The notes: generated from the sequence alone by a model not told the origin. Counted from the first letter of the stretch, positions 18,648 through 27,305 are shown. The stretch is 64,000 nucleotides of DNA from an uncultured virus (IMG/VR IMGVR_UViG_3300042301_004094) (IMGVR_UViG_3300042301_004094:1-64000); one strand, 5' to 3'. A program made the numbers and translations.

Positions 18648-19256
18648 TTAGTGAGATTCGTCGTAAGCATCTTTCAATAAACCACACTTTTGACACTCTA
18701 ATTCACCGTCATTGTCTGAGTCACCCCAAACGTGTTCACAGTATCTATGTGCTTTCATTTCATGCTCTAATTTTAATTTAGCCATTTCTTGCTCATGTTC
18801 TTGAGCATCTTTAGCCATTGCTTGATTATGTTCTTGTTGATCAGCTGCTAATTCATGGTTTTGTTTATTTTCAACTACAGCTAAATCTCTAGCTGCTGCA
18901 GCACCTGCTACAAATGCATCTGGGATCAATGGAGTAACTGGTTTGTTTGTTTCTTTCATATCATTAGTATGACCTAAAGTAACACCATCTTCTTCATCCA
19001 TCTTCTGTACTAACATTTTATCTTTGTCAGTATCACTGAACCAGTAATCAATAATCTTACCATAACTACCAATGAAGGCACCTAACAATAACATTAATAA
19101 TTCTTTCCATGCTGCTGCCATTGGTGTTTGTCCCACAACAGCAGCAAAAATACCTGCTATTATTAAAATAAACCCACCTAATACCATTGCTGTGATGTAC
19201 CATCTTCTGGCCATCATCTTGTTTAATAATTCTTTAAATCCTGTGTTTGGTTGCAT
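18648..19256 (-). CDS. two-TM membrane protein with coiled coil and C-terminal Cys/His motif
   Basis: TM pair, IIDYWF, then CEH...CQKC. Confidence 0.65.
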   Translation of the reverse strand: MQPNTGFKELLNKMMARRWYITAMVLGGFILIIAGIFAAVVGQTPMAAAWKELLMLLLGAFIGSYGKIIDYWFSDTDKDKMLVQKMDEEDGVTLGHTNDMKETNKPVTPLIPDAFVAGAAAARDLAVVENKQNHELAADQQEHNQAMAKDAQEHEQEMAKLKLEHEMKAHRYCEHVWGDSDNDGELECQKCGLLKDAYDESH

Positions 19257-19275
19257 ATCTAATTTTGTTTATAAA

Positions 19276-19599
19276 TTACCACTTAGGAGCTTCTTCCTTA
19301 AACTCATCACCCTCTTTTTTCTTAGCAGGTTTAGCTGCGGGTTGAGCGGCTGCTGGCTTTTCAACAACTCTTTCTTTAATTATAGTAGTTCCACCTGCAG
19401 ATTGTTGTTGTTGATTTGAGTTAGTAATGTTAATTACTGGAGCTGGTGCTGTAGCAGGAGCTGCTTCTTTATCACCACCTGTTAATTGAGTTACACCCCA
19501 AGTTCCTAAACCCATAACTGCTGTTGTAGCAACACCAATAATAGTCTTTTTTAATCCAGACCAAGTACCATCATTGTTTTGTTCTAATTCTTCTGACAT
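19276..19599 (-). CDS. single-TM protein with Pro/Ala/Gln-rich tail
   Basis: One hydrophobic segment followed by a disordered tail. Confidence 0.65.
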   Translation of the reverse strand: MSEELEQNNDGTWSGLKKTIIGVATTAVMGLGTWGVTQLTGGDKEAAPATAPAPVINITNSNQQQQSAGGTTIIKERVVEKPAAAQPAAKPAKKKEGDEFKEEAPKW

Positions 19600-19610
19600 T
19601 TTATTTAAAT

Positions 19611-19979
19611 TTATAGTTTGTTAAAATCTGTTATTCCTAATTCAATACCTTTAGAATCGTATAATCCAATTCTATAAGCAGATGAAGGCAATGCTGATGT
19701 ATATACTTTAAGTAAGTTATCACCTGCTTTAACCACTACGGTTTCTTTTGATACGACTCTATTGGAGATATCAAAAATCTTAATTGTAACGGATTGTGCT
19801 GTTTCTAACTTAACATTCATAGCAACTTCAGTTGTCACGAATGCTGATTCTAGTTTAAGTCCAACTGCATTTTGGATTTGCAATTCTTTTTTAACTTCTA
19901 AAACAGGTTCAATTAAATCATCTTTATAACATCCAGATAATCCAACTGCTAGTAATACTACTACAAGTAATTTTTTCAT
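19611..19979 (-). CDS. lipoprotein with Ig-like domain resembling the T9SS C-terminal domain
   Basis: LSG-C lipobox; VTIKIFDISNRVV...SALPSSAYRI. Confidence 0.6.
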   Translation of the reverse strand: MKKLLVVVLLAVGLSGCYKDDLIEPVLEVKKELQIQNAVGLKLESAFVTTEVAMNVKLETAQSVTIKIFDISNRVVSKETVVVKAGDNLLKVYTSALPSSAYRIGLYDSKGIELGITDFNKL

Positions 19980-19980
19980 T

Positions 19981-20325
19981 TTAATTAATTTTAATGGTTG
20001 TTTTAGCTATTTGAGTTCTAGACCCATCTTCTAATACTAAGTATAAATATTGAGACTGTATTGAACTCGTGTAAATCTTCTTTATATTTTCGCCCGTTTT
20101 ACCAGTGAATCGTTCTCTACTAACAACTTGGTCATTTTTCTTATCAATCAGGGTTAATGTATATACTCCTGGTGATGGTAAATCAAAATGTATAGATTGT
20201 CCATCAGTTACACTACTCTCAGATACATTAAATATCTTTTGAACAGGGGTTGGAGTTGGTTCTATTTCCATTTTAGTACACCCCACTAATAAGACCACAA
20301 ATATTAGTAATATCTTTTTTATCAT
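19981..20325 (-). CDS. lipoprotein with Ig-like domain (likely paralog of neighbour)
   Basis: LVG-C lipobox; shares VVS.E...K.G.N..K.YTS with 19611-19979. Confidence 0.6.
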   Translation of the reverse strand: MIKKILLIFVVLLVGCTKMEIEPTPTPVQKIFNVSESSVTDGQSIHFDLPSPGVYTLTLIDKKNDQVVSRERFTGKTGENIKKIYTSSIQSQYLYLVLEDGSRTQIAKTTIKIN

Positions 20326-22598
20326 TTGATTTTTACTTTTAATTGTTTACCAGCTTTATTAACAGCATCTGTTGTTGATATTGATGTCAACCCTAATATA
20401 TCAGATATATTACCTACGGGAGTGAATATAACTCGATATTCAGTTGTCTTATCTAATACATCTCCACTTGTTATCAATGATCCTATATTAATTAAATTAC
20501 CTTTATCAGTTCCAAAATTAGTAGGATTACCTTTTGTTATAAATTCAACTTTTTCAAACTTTAATCTAGTATTATCATAATTTAATTGAAATTGTGTACC
20601 TACTAATTCTTGTTGTAATGGGTCTACTGATAATATAATTATAACCTTATTATTTATAATTTCACCTATAGTTGATACATTTATTTCATTTATAATAGCA
20701 TTACTCATTAAACTCATAGTTCTAATTGAATTGCTACTAACATTAGTAATGCTTTGTTGAGCTGAATGTGATTGGTTTACATCACCTAACCAAGTTACAT
20801 TTATGTTGTACGTATTATTCATTCCACTTAAAGTAAATGGAATTAAATTACGAGTTGAATTAAATTGAGTTCCCCAATTGCTCGTTGTTATAGCATCATA
20901 ATCTGATTTATTGTATAGCTTTATTAAATTTGTTAGAGTAGTATTTTGGGTAAGTGATTGAGTACCTGTTAAATGTTGTAATAATTTGTATGTGTCATTT
21001 TCATTAAATACACCATTACCATCAACATCAGCATTCATATATTGAATACCATTTGTTAAGCCTAATCCACTTTGATTACCAAATATACCTCCATCTGCTA
21101 ATTCCTTAAATGCTAGATAAACATCTGATACACCCACAATGTTATTATATAATGTATTCAATTCAGTTTGATTAGTATGAGATAATTCTATCCCATGTTG
21201 TTTAAACATCATATTAGGTGTGAATGTAAATTCCGCTCTTAATCCCCAGAAAAATCCAGCTCGTCTTATACTAGATGTAAATGATGAGCCTGAGAAATTA
21301 AGTTCTGTTGGTGATGAAATCCAATAAGCTGCCCATGTTCCATCATCCCATTGATATGTTACAGGCCCATTCCATAAATCAAATAACTGTAAACTTGTAA
21401 CATTACTTGCTGAGGTGCCTTGTGGAAATTCTCTCTTATCAATTAAAATTTGGTATCGTTGATTTTGAGGTTCATAATCATACACCACACACCACTCTAC
21501 TTCTCCACCTGTTGTTGTTGCTCTTACTCCCTCACCACTTACTTTTACTGTATCTAAATCATTTGTTAAATCTACTTTACCTAATCCACTTAATGCTCTT
21601 GATGTATTTGTTGTTACACCCCATGTATTATTTACAAACGTATTTGCTTTTGATGTAAATTTTGTTTCATCAACATTACCACCAAAATCAAAATTAAATC
21701 TTGCAGTTAATACATCTCCGTTTGTATGTGTTACTGAGTTAGTGTAGAATTCAGTGAATGTTGCATCATCTGGGTTGGTCCAAGTTCCATATTCAATTAC
21801 ATACGGATTTGAAAAATGATTTGGTAAATCGTTCCATTGAGAACCATTCCATTTAGTTACTGCATAATCTTCGTTACTACTATTGTTTGGTTCACCGGGT
21901 GCCCAGTTATTATACTGCCCTTGAATGTTTCCGGCAAATTGTCCGTTTGATGTTTTGATTAAAGTTCCTGCTTCCGGGCCAGCATCGATTCTCCATTGAC
22001 CTTCGACTAATTCATCAGTTAACGCAAACCAAATATTACTTTGAGGCACATTATTAAAAATAAATGCATCTTCATCTGCTGAAGTGATTGTTACTAAATA
22101 TCCTCTTTGTCCTTTAAATGTTGTATTTAATGATGCTGATCTTGCGTTTGTATAAGTTGCTCCGGTTGTTATTGGTCTATAAAAGTGTCCGTTTACACCA
22201 TTGTAATAATATCCTACTGGATTGACTGTTGCTGCCACAGATAATGCAACATTACCTCTTACCGAACCTGTATTTACTTTTAAAGATGCTAATGCCGTAT
22301 TAATACTTACCATCGTTCCAGTAACTACTAATCGAGTTTTATTACCTGTTAAAGTGAATCCACTTGCCGCTGTTAGACCTGTTGTTGTAGTTAAATTAAA
22401 TGTTGTACCAGTTGGTGGATTAACTAAACTAATTGATGCTAATAAAGTTGCAGTAGAATTAAATCCACTTAATACAAACCCACTAGCATCTTGTCCTGAT
22501 GTAGATTGTGTAAAAGATTTAGAGTCCGGAGCAGATACACTCTGTCCGAACCCTAAAAATGATGTTAATAAAAATAATGTAACTAATAGATATTTCAT
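20322..22598 (-). CDS. exported adhesin-like protein: C-type lectin, dockerin-like and C-terminal cohesin-like domains
   Basis: Signal peptide; YLVTITS..E, WAPGEPNN, QWNDL; ADVDGNGVFNEND; GTQFQLNYD...F. Confidence 0.75.
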   Translation of the reverse strand: MKYLLVTLFLLTSFLGFGQSVSAPDSKSFTQSTSGQDASGFVLSGFNSTATLLASISLVNPPTGTTFNLTTTTGLTAASGFTLTGNKTRLVVTGTMVSINTALASLKVNTGSVRGNVALSVAATVNPVGYYYNGVNGHFYRPITTGATYTNARSASLNTTFKGQRGYLVTITSADEDAFIFNNVPQSNIWFALTDELVEGQWRIDAGPEAGTLIKTSNGQFAGNIQGQYNNWAPGEPNNSSNEDYAVTKWNGSQWNDLPNHFSNPYVIEYGTWTNPDDATFTEFYTNSVTHTNGDVLTARFNFDFGGNVDETKFTSKANTFVNNTWGVTTNTSRALSGLGKVDLTNDLDTVKVSGEGVRATTTGGEVEWCVVYDYEPQNQRYQILIDKREFPQGTSASNVTSLQLFDLWNGPVTYQWDDGTWAAYWISSPTELNFSGSSFTSSIRRAGFFWGLRAEFTFTPNMMFKQHGIELSHTNQTELNTLYNNIVGVSDVYLAFKELADGGIFGNQSGLGLTNGIQYMNADVDGNGVFNENDTYKLLQHLTGTQSLTQNTTLTNLIKLYNKSDYDAITTSNWGTQFNSTRNLIPFTLSGMNNTYNINVTWLGDVNQSHSAQQSITNVSSNSIRTMSLMSNAIINEINVSTIGEIINNKVIIILSVDPLQQELVGTQFQLNYDNTRLKFEKVEFITKGNPTNFGTDKGNLINIGSLITSGDVLDKTTEYRVIFTPVGNISDILGLTSISTTDAVNKAGKQLKVKIK

Positions 22599-24247
22599 TA
22601 TTCTATTATTAAGTCTATTTTATTTCCTTTAGCATCTACCGCATCTGATAATACAAAATAGAATAAACCTGCAGTATTTGTTAATTGTACTTTAGGGGTG
22701 AATATTAATTTATATGGTGTACCAATTTTGATTCTTGCTGTTTTTAATTGATCAATAGAACCAAATGTTAATCTACCATCATTATGAGTTGAAAAGTTAG
22801 TAATAGTTGAACCTGAATCAAATATGATATTGTCTAATGTTAATTTAGATTCATCATAATTCATTATCACTTGTAACCCAGCTAATTCTGCTTTAGTTAA
22901 TGTTGTTGTTAATATTACTTTACCATTTTCTAATGTAGATGTTACACTTAATTTAGCAGTTTCTACAGCTTCAGTTCTATATGCCATCACAGGTGTTGAA
23001 CTCATTGATTTTTTCAAATTCACTTCACCATTAACTGAGTTGGTATACAATCCACTACTAATTCTAGTAGCAATTACAGCAGGGTCTGATGAGTGTGACC
23101 AGTTCAAATCACCACCCCAAGCAAATACGGCATGTACTTCTTTTATTGGTGTATCAATTAATACTTTATTTTTAGCAACACCATCTAACCAACTCTGGTT
23201 TAATAGTCCACTTTGCCATCTTACTGATGTTGAGGTTGATGTTGGGATCATTGCTACTGAACTCATATTTTGTCCCATTACGTGAGCAAACAATGCATAT
23301 GAATCGGATTCGTTAAATGTATTATCATTTAGTGTTACATTACCTACTCTAGTTTCTAAATTAGGGTAAGTAAAGAAATTAGGTGTTCCACTAATATCAG
23401 TTTGAGAATGTCCTAAAAATGCTTTGTATGCATCTGATACTGTTATGATATTATTCATCCAAGCTTTAGTCATTGATGGACCAACAAATACACCAACCGA
23501 ATCACCAACTTTAACTTGTGTTGTAAATAATGCTTCACCACTACCATCTAAGGGTAATTGAGCAATAGGTTGTTTTGTCCAATCAATATTACCATCTGTT
23601 TTAAGTGGCATTAATTGAACATTGTGATCAGTAATAGTATACCCTTGTGGGAACAATACTTTAACTTTGAATTGAGATGTGTTACCTGTTACATTTGTTA
23701 ATGATAAATTAGTAGCACTACGAGTAATTGGAGTAATTGGGGAAGAAGTATCATTTACTGCATAAGCTAAATCCAATTTATGAATATCATTGTAAGTGTT
23801 TTGGTCTTTTAATACAAACTTCTGTGTTGCAATATCACCATTCACTGCAGCATCTGTTCTTTGAACTGTTAATTGTCCAACATTCCAATCATTATTTACG
23901 GCATAACCCCAAGGAGTTGCTTGATATTGTCCAGATAAATTAGTTTCAGCAACATTTGCTGCAGGGGTAAATCTGTAATTATTCCAACCTGTAAAGAATG
24001 TTTGAACTGATGTACCTTGTGAGAATACTGTACTATTTGGTACCATCGCTAATGCCTTGTTATTAAATGAGTATCTCAACCAAAAATAACGAGGTGTTGT
24101 TGTTCCTCTAGCTATTGTGTATTTTACAGTTAAAGTATCACCAACTTCATAAGGTGGGGCTGGAGTAACTGATTGTGATACAGTAATCTGACTAAATGAT
24201 GTTAATGATGTTAGGAATATTCCTAAAAATAATAATAATTTTTTCAT
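22598..24247 (-). CDS. exported cohesin/dockerin-like protein (partial paralog of neighbour)
   Basis: Signal peptide (start MKKLLL); VGDTLTV; ITVSDAY, FNESDSY, WGGDLNWSHS; GLQVIMNYD...YKLIFTP..DAV. Confidence 0.7.
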   Translation of the reverse strand: MKKLLLFLGIFLTSLTSFSQITVSQSVTPAPPYEVGDTLTVKYTIARGTTTPRYFWLRYSFNNKALAMVPNSTVFSQGTSVQTFFTGWNNYRFTPAANVAETNLSGQYQATPWGYAVNNDWNVGQLTVQRTDAAVNGDIATQKFVLKDQNTYNDIHKLDLAYAVNDTSSPITPITRSATNLSLTNVTGNTSQFKVKVLFPQGYTITDHNVQLMPLKTDGNIDWTKQPIAQLPLDGSGEALFTTQVKVGDSVGVFVGPSMTKAWMNNIITVSDAYKAFLGHSQTDISGTPNFFTYPNLETRVGNVTLNDNTFNESDSYALFAHVMGQNMSSVAMIPTSTSTSVRWQSGLLNQSWLDGVAKNKVLIDTPIKEVHAVFAWGGDLNWSHSSDPAVIATRISSGLYTNSVNGEVNLKKSMSSTPVMAYRTEAVETAKLSVTSTLENGKVILTTTLTKAELAGLQVIMNYDESKLTLDNIIFDSGSTITNFSTHNDGRLTFGSIDQLKTARIKIGTPYKLIFTPKVQLTNTAGLFYFVLSDAVDAKGNKIDLIIE

Positions 24248-24251
24248 GATT

Positions 24252-24902
24252 TTATTTTTCAAATAATTTTGTGACTAATTTATCACAACCTTTTTTGAGA
24301 GCATTACTTAGTGAAGTTTGATTAAATTTACCACCTTCATCCACAAGTAAAGTAGACATGGAAACTTCAGATGAAGATTCTTCAACAATAATTTCTTTTT
24401 CTTTTATACCATCTTTATATAAGATTCCTTTTAAACGAATAATGACTTCTTCTTCACCTTTATGGAAAACTGAAATATTTTTCTTAGTAGTTAATACATC
24501 TAAATAAACAATTTCGACACGTAATTTGTTTGTAGCGTCTGATGATATATTATAGCCTTTATCTTGTAAAAATTCTTCTAATACATTCTTAACACCAAAT
24601 TCTAGATTACGATTACCTGCTAATTTACCAACAACTATTTTATTAGTAACTTTTTCAACATAGATATGTTCATCTGCGTTATACCAGATATTACCTGGGG
24701 AATTTTTAAATGTACCGTCAATTTTATGACTAATTGCATTAGACATTTGTAAATTTTCATCATAAGATTTAAAAATTTGACAATATACAAAATACAATTG
24801 TACTACTAATGCAGCTATTACAAGGGATCCTAGTAAATAGAACACACCTAGCGCGAACACATCACGCAGTTTGGTGGCCATGTTTATGGCTATTTGTTTC
24901 AT
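24252..24902 (-). CDS. membrane-anchored protein, CsgG/LptE-like alpha-beta domain
   Basis: N-terminal TM; FGVKNVLEEFL and KFNQTSLSNALKK resemble LGVANISMEYL and KFNQSTISIATKK of 17618-18337. Confidence 0.55.
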   Translation of the reverse strand: MKQIAINMATKLRDVFALGVFYLLGSLVIAALVVQLYFVYCQIFKSYDENLQMSNAISHKIDGTFKNSPGNIWYNADEHIYVEKVTNKIVVGKLAGNRNLEFGVKNVLEEFLQDKGYNISSDATNKLRVEIVYLDVLTTKKNISVFHKGEEEVIIRLKGILYKDGIKEKEIIVEESSSEVSMSTLLVDEGGKFNQTSLSNALKKGCDKLVTKLFEK

Positions 24903-24939
24903 CTTCTTTTAATTTTTAATGGTTCGAACATAAATATGC

Positions 24940-24970
24940 AAAAAAAAAGACAACCATTTCTGGTTGTCTT
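24940..24970 (-). terminator. intrinsic terminator after tmRNA
   Basis: AAGACAACCA-GAAA-TGGTTGTCTT followed by a long U-run. Confidence 0.85.
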
Positions 24971-24976
24971 AAATTG

Positions 24977-25367
24977 TGGAGGTGAAGGGAGTCGAACCCT
25001 TGTCCAGATACGGATTTAATAAATCTCGTTCACAAGCTTAGTTAATTTTTCTAAATTAACAAAATATGAAGTTTGATGTATGTGGGAATCATACTTCCAA
25101 ATTACCTGGTTGTGGAATTATTTTATGAGGGCTCCACCCTAAGACCCCCTTTGTAGGCACTTCTGTTCCTAGGTTATATGTGCACCGACCCGAGTTGGAC
25201 TAGGCAGCTACTGCGTAATCCGCACCAACGAATGCCATAGCATCTTCGAAGGTCATTGTAGATAATTCTACGTCATTTATTGTTCGATAGGTATTTACGG
25301 ATTTCCATCTAACCCGGCTTGCATCAACTATACCAACTCATCGCACCTGTCAAAACCAGGCACCCCC
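24977..25367 (-). ncRNA. ssrA: tmRNA
   Basis: 5' GGGGGTGCCTGGTTTTGACAG; 3' T-arm GGGTTCGACTCCC and CACCTCCA giving G3:U70; internal tag ORF ending YAVAA*. Confidence 0.93.
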
Positions 25368-25372
25368 ATGTG

Positions 25373-25696
25373 TTAAATAACTTCTGCTTTTTTCTTTCGT
25401 TTTTTGCCTTCTAATATTTTTTGAATATCAGCACACAATTCATATTCTTCTAACTTGATCAAATCATCCATACAATTACTTAACAATTCTTTGTATTGTG
25501 ATTTCTCAATGTTAAATATCATCCCACTTGTGTCTTTGAATGTAATATCAAATATATCTATTCGATCTTTACCTCGTTTATGAGCACTAAGAACACATCT
25601 AACCATTTTAAGTATTAAATCACTATCCCTATCCCTCATCATTTGAAGGAATTGACGATTACTTTCTAACATTAATACCCAACAGGCCATATCCAT
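25373..25696 (-). CDS. protein with C-terminal UVR-like motif
   Basis: LIKLEEYELCADI; start moved downstream of tRNA-Leu. Confidence 0.6.
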   Translation of the reverse strand: MDMACWVLMLESNRQFLQMMRDRDSDLILKMVRCVLSAHKRGKDRIDIFDITFKDTSGMIFNIEKSQYKELLSNCMDDLIKLEEYELCADIQKILEGKKRKKKAEVI

Positions 25697-25704
25697 AATT
25701 ATTG

Positions 25705-25788
25705 TACCAGGAGCGGGAATCGAACCCGCACTCGCGTTGGCGAACAAGATTTTAAGTCTTGCGTGTCTACCTATTCCACCACCCCGGC
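25705..25788 (-). tRNA. tRNA-Leu(TAA)
   Basis: CAAGA-CTTAAAA-TCTTG anticodon arm, long variable arm, GTTCGATTC T-loop; CCA not encoded. Confidence 0.92.
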
Positions 25789-25791
25789 ATG

Positions 25792-25900
25792 TGCAACTTT
25801 TGTATTACCCTATGAGTTGCCAACATCGCCGTCATACGATACGGAGAGTTTCATGTTGCCAGAGGAGTTACTCTGTCTTCGTCGTTCCACGTTCGAACGA
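25792..25900 (-). ncRNA. candidate structured RNA of four tandem hairpins
   Basis: TCGTTC/GAACGA, CAGAG/CTCTG, CAACAT..CCGT/ACGG..ATGTTG, GCAACT/AGTTGC. Confidence 0.4.
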
Positions 25901-25903
25901 TTG

Positions 25904-26062
25904 CTGTAGGGGAAGGATTCGAACCTCCACGCGGCGATTCAACAAATGACACTTTTGCTAGCTAGCCTGTGGTCAACCCATTATCATTTGTCTATCTCGA
26001 ACTCCGCACCCTCGAGACGGGAGGGCATGTCTGCCAAGCGTACGCCTTTTCACCACCCTACA
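25904..26062 (-). ncRNA. atypical tRNA-like RNA with giant variable arm
   Basis: Acceptor TGTAGGG/CCCTACA; T-arm GGAGG-TTCGAAT-CCTTC; CCCTC-CCGTCTC-GAGGG arm; about 80-nt paired insert. Confidence 0.7.
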
Positions 26063-26077
26063 ATTCCAGCTTAATAA

Positions 26078-26287
26078 CTATTGTTTGAAATGTCTTTCAA
26101 GCGTGGCAATTTTATCTTCAGCATCAACTAACATTGTAAGCGCTTCTTCAGCGTTATTGTAGAAGTCTTTTGTTGAATGATCACCAATACCAGCGGCGTG
26201 ATAAGACAATAGATCCAAAGTTAATAGAGCTTTTGTTTTGTCAGCTATTGCTGAAGCCATAAGCATGTCGTATAATTCTTTTTTCAT
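26078..26287 (-). CDS. conserved small phage protein
   Basis: GIGDHS motif between helices. Confidence 0.65.
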   Translation of the reverse strand: MKKELYDMLMASAIADKTKALLTLDLLSYHAAGIGDHSTKDFYNNAEEALTMLVDAEDKIATLERHFKQ

Positions 26288-26365
26288 ATGTGGTTAATTT
26301 ACAATTTTCTTTTTGCCCGTCCAACATTTTTTCTAAATTTCCTTATGTCAAATAAACGTTGCACG

Positions 26366-26439
26366 TGGGCCTGGTAGGAATCGAACCTACTACCTTCACA
26401 TTATGAGTGTGCCGCTCTAACCGATTGAGCTACAGGCCC
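26366..26439 (-). tRNA. tRNA with CAT anticodon (probably Ile2)
   Basis: GGGCCTG acceptor, CTCATAA loop, A73; lacks initiator features. Confidence 0.88.
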
Positions 26440-26445
26440 TTGTTG

Positions 26446-26517
26446 AGCTCCCACTCGGAATCGAACCAAGTTATCATGATTACAAGTCATGCGCATCGCC
26501 TGCAATGCTTTAGGAGC
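26446..26517 (-). tRNA. tRNA-Thr(TGT)
   Basis: CATGA-CTTGTAA-TCATG arm; GCTCCTA/TGGGAGC acceptor. Confidence 0.88.
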
Positions 26518-26526
26518 ATTAATATG

Positions 26527-26611
26527 CGGAAAGACAGGGATTCGAACCCCAGATACCTTTCAGTATGCCGGTTTTCAAGACCGGTGCATTCAACCACTCT
26601 GCCATCTTTCC
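26527..26611 (-). tRNA. tRNA-Ser(TGA)
   Basis: CCGGT-CTTGAAA-ACCGG arm, long variable arm, G73. Confidence 0.93.
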
Positions 26612-26666
26612 TGGAGTGCAGTGGGAGCTAGCTTCCCTGTGGTTACTGCACATTTTATCCACTTTG

Positions 26667-26738
26667 TACTCAGTACGGGATTCGAACCCGTATTACATCC
26701 GTGAAAGGGATGTGACCTAACCCTTAGTCGAACTGAGC
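26667..26738 (-). tRNA. tRNA-Glu(TTC)
   Basis: CATCC-CTTTCAC-GGATG arm; canonical T-arm. Confidence 0.92.
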
Positions 26739-26744
26739 AGCTGT

Positions 26745-26972
26745 TTATTCAGCTTCTACAGAGTCTAGTAAAATTACTTCTGCAATTTTAGCTTCAGATG
26801 CTGATTTTACTTCAAACTCATCTTCTCCTCTGCTTACTAAATATTGTACTGTTCTAGCTTCTGCTTCAGTTACTGACTGAGCATCAACTAAATAATTTAC
26901 ATTTTGTTTTTTTACTTTACCTCTATCGTCTTCAGTTGTAAACTGAACTTTTACTTGGAAAAACTGTGCCAT
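26745..26972 (-). CDS. DUF4494-like protein
   Basis: GKVKK....YLVDA.S.TEAEAR motif known from Bacteroidota. Confidence 0.75.
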   Translation of the reverse strand: MAQFFQVKVQFTTEDDRGKVKKQNVNYLVDAQSVTEAEARTVQYLVSRGEDEFEVKSASEAKIAEVILLDSVEAE

Positions 26973-26973
26973 G

Positions 26974-27267
26974 TTATTTTATTTTTTTTGTGTATACTGA
27001 ATAATCATAAATGTGTGCTCTATATTTGAATAGTGCTTTTTGAAATTTAGTGCGGTTTCTGTAATCTTCTAATGACTCGCTTTCTCTACGAGCAGGACCA
27101 ATTCCTGAGTAATAATCAATCATGTTATTGTTTAATTTTACTTCATTAGCAAAGAACATCATTTTAGCCATATTTCTAGAGCCAAATGGTTGATAGCCAA
27201 CTTTGTACATTTGATTTACTTCTTCTGGTAATTCAAAACCAGCGTATTGGTTGTGTAATCCTTCCAT
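26974..27267 (-). CDS. hypothetical protein
   Basis: ORF with promoter motif at 27288-27320. Confidence 0.6.
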   Translation of the reverse strand: MEGLHNQYAGFELPEEVNQMYKVGYQPFGSRNMAKMMFFANEVKLNNNMIDYYSGIGPARRESESLEDYRNRTKFQKALFKYRAHIYDYSVYTKKIK

Positions 27268-27305
27268 ATTTTATAACTTTATTTAATGTGAATATACGAC
27301 GGGCA

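Noticed and set aside
20322..22598. Diversity-generating retroelement targeting the C-type lectin
   Set aside because: No reverse transcriptase or template/variable repeat pair seen in the window, and the lectin domain is internal
25697..25747. N-terminal extension of ORF 25373-25747
   Set aside because: Overlaps tRNA-Leu; the true start is downstream
26615..26652. Hairpin GTGCAGT...ACTGCAC between tRNA-Ser and tRNA-Glu
   Set aside because: Single short stem with no tRNA features; probably a spacer structure
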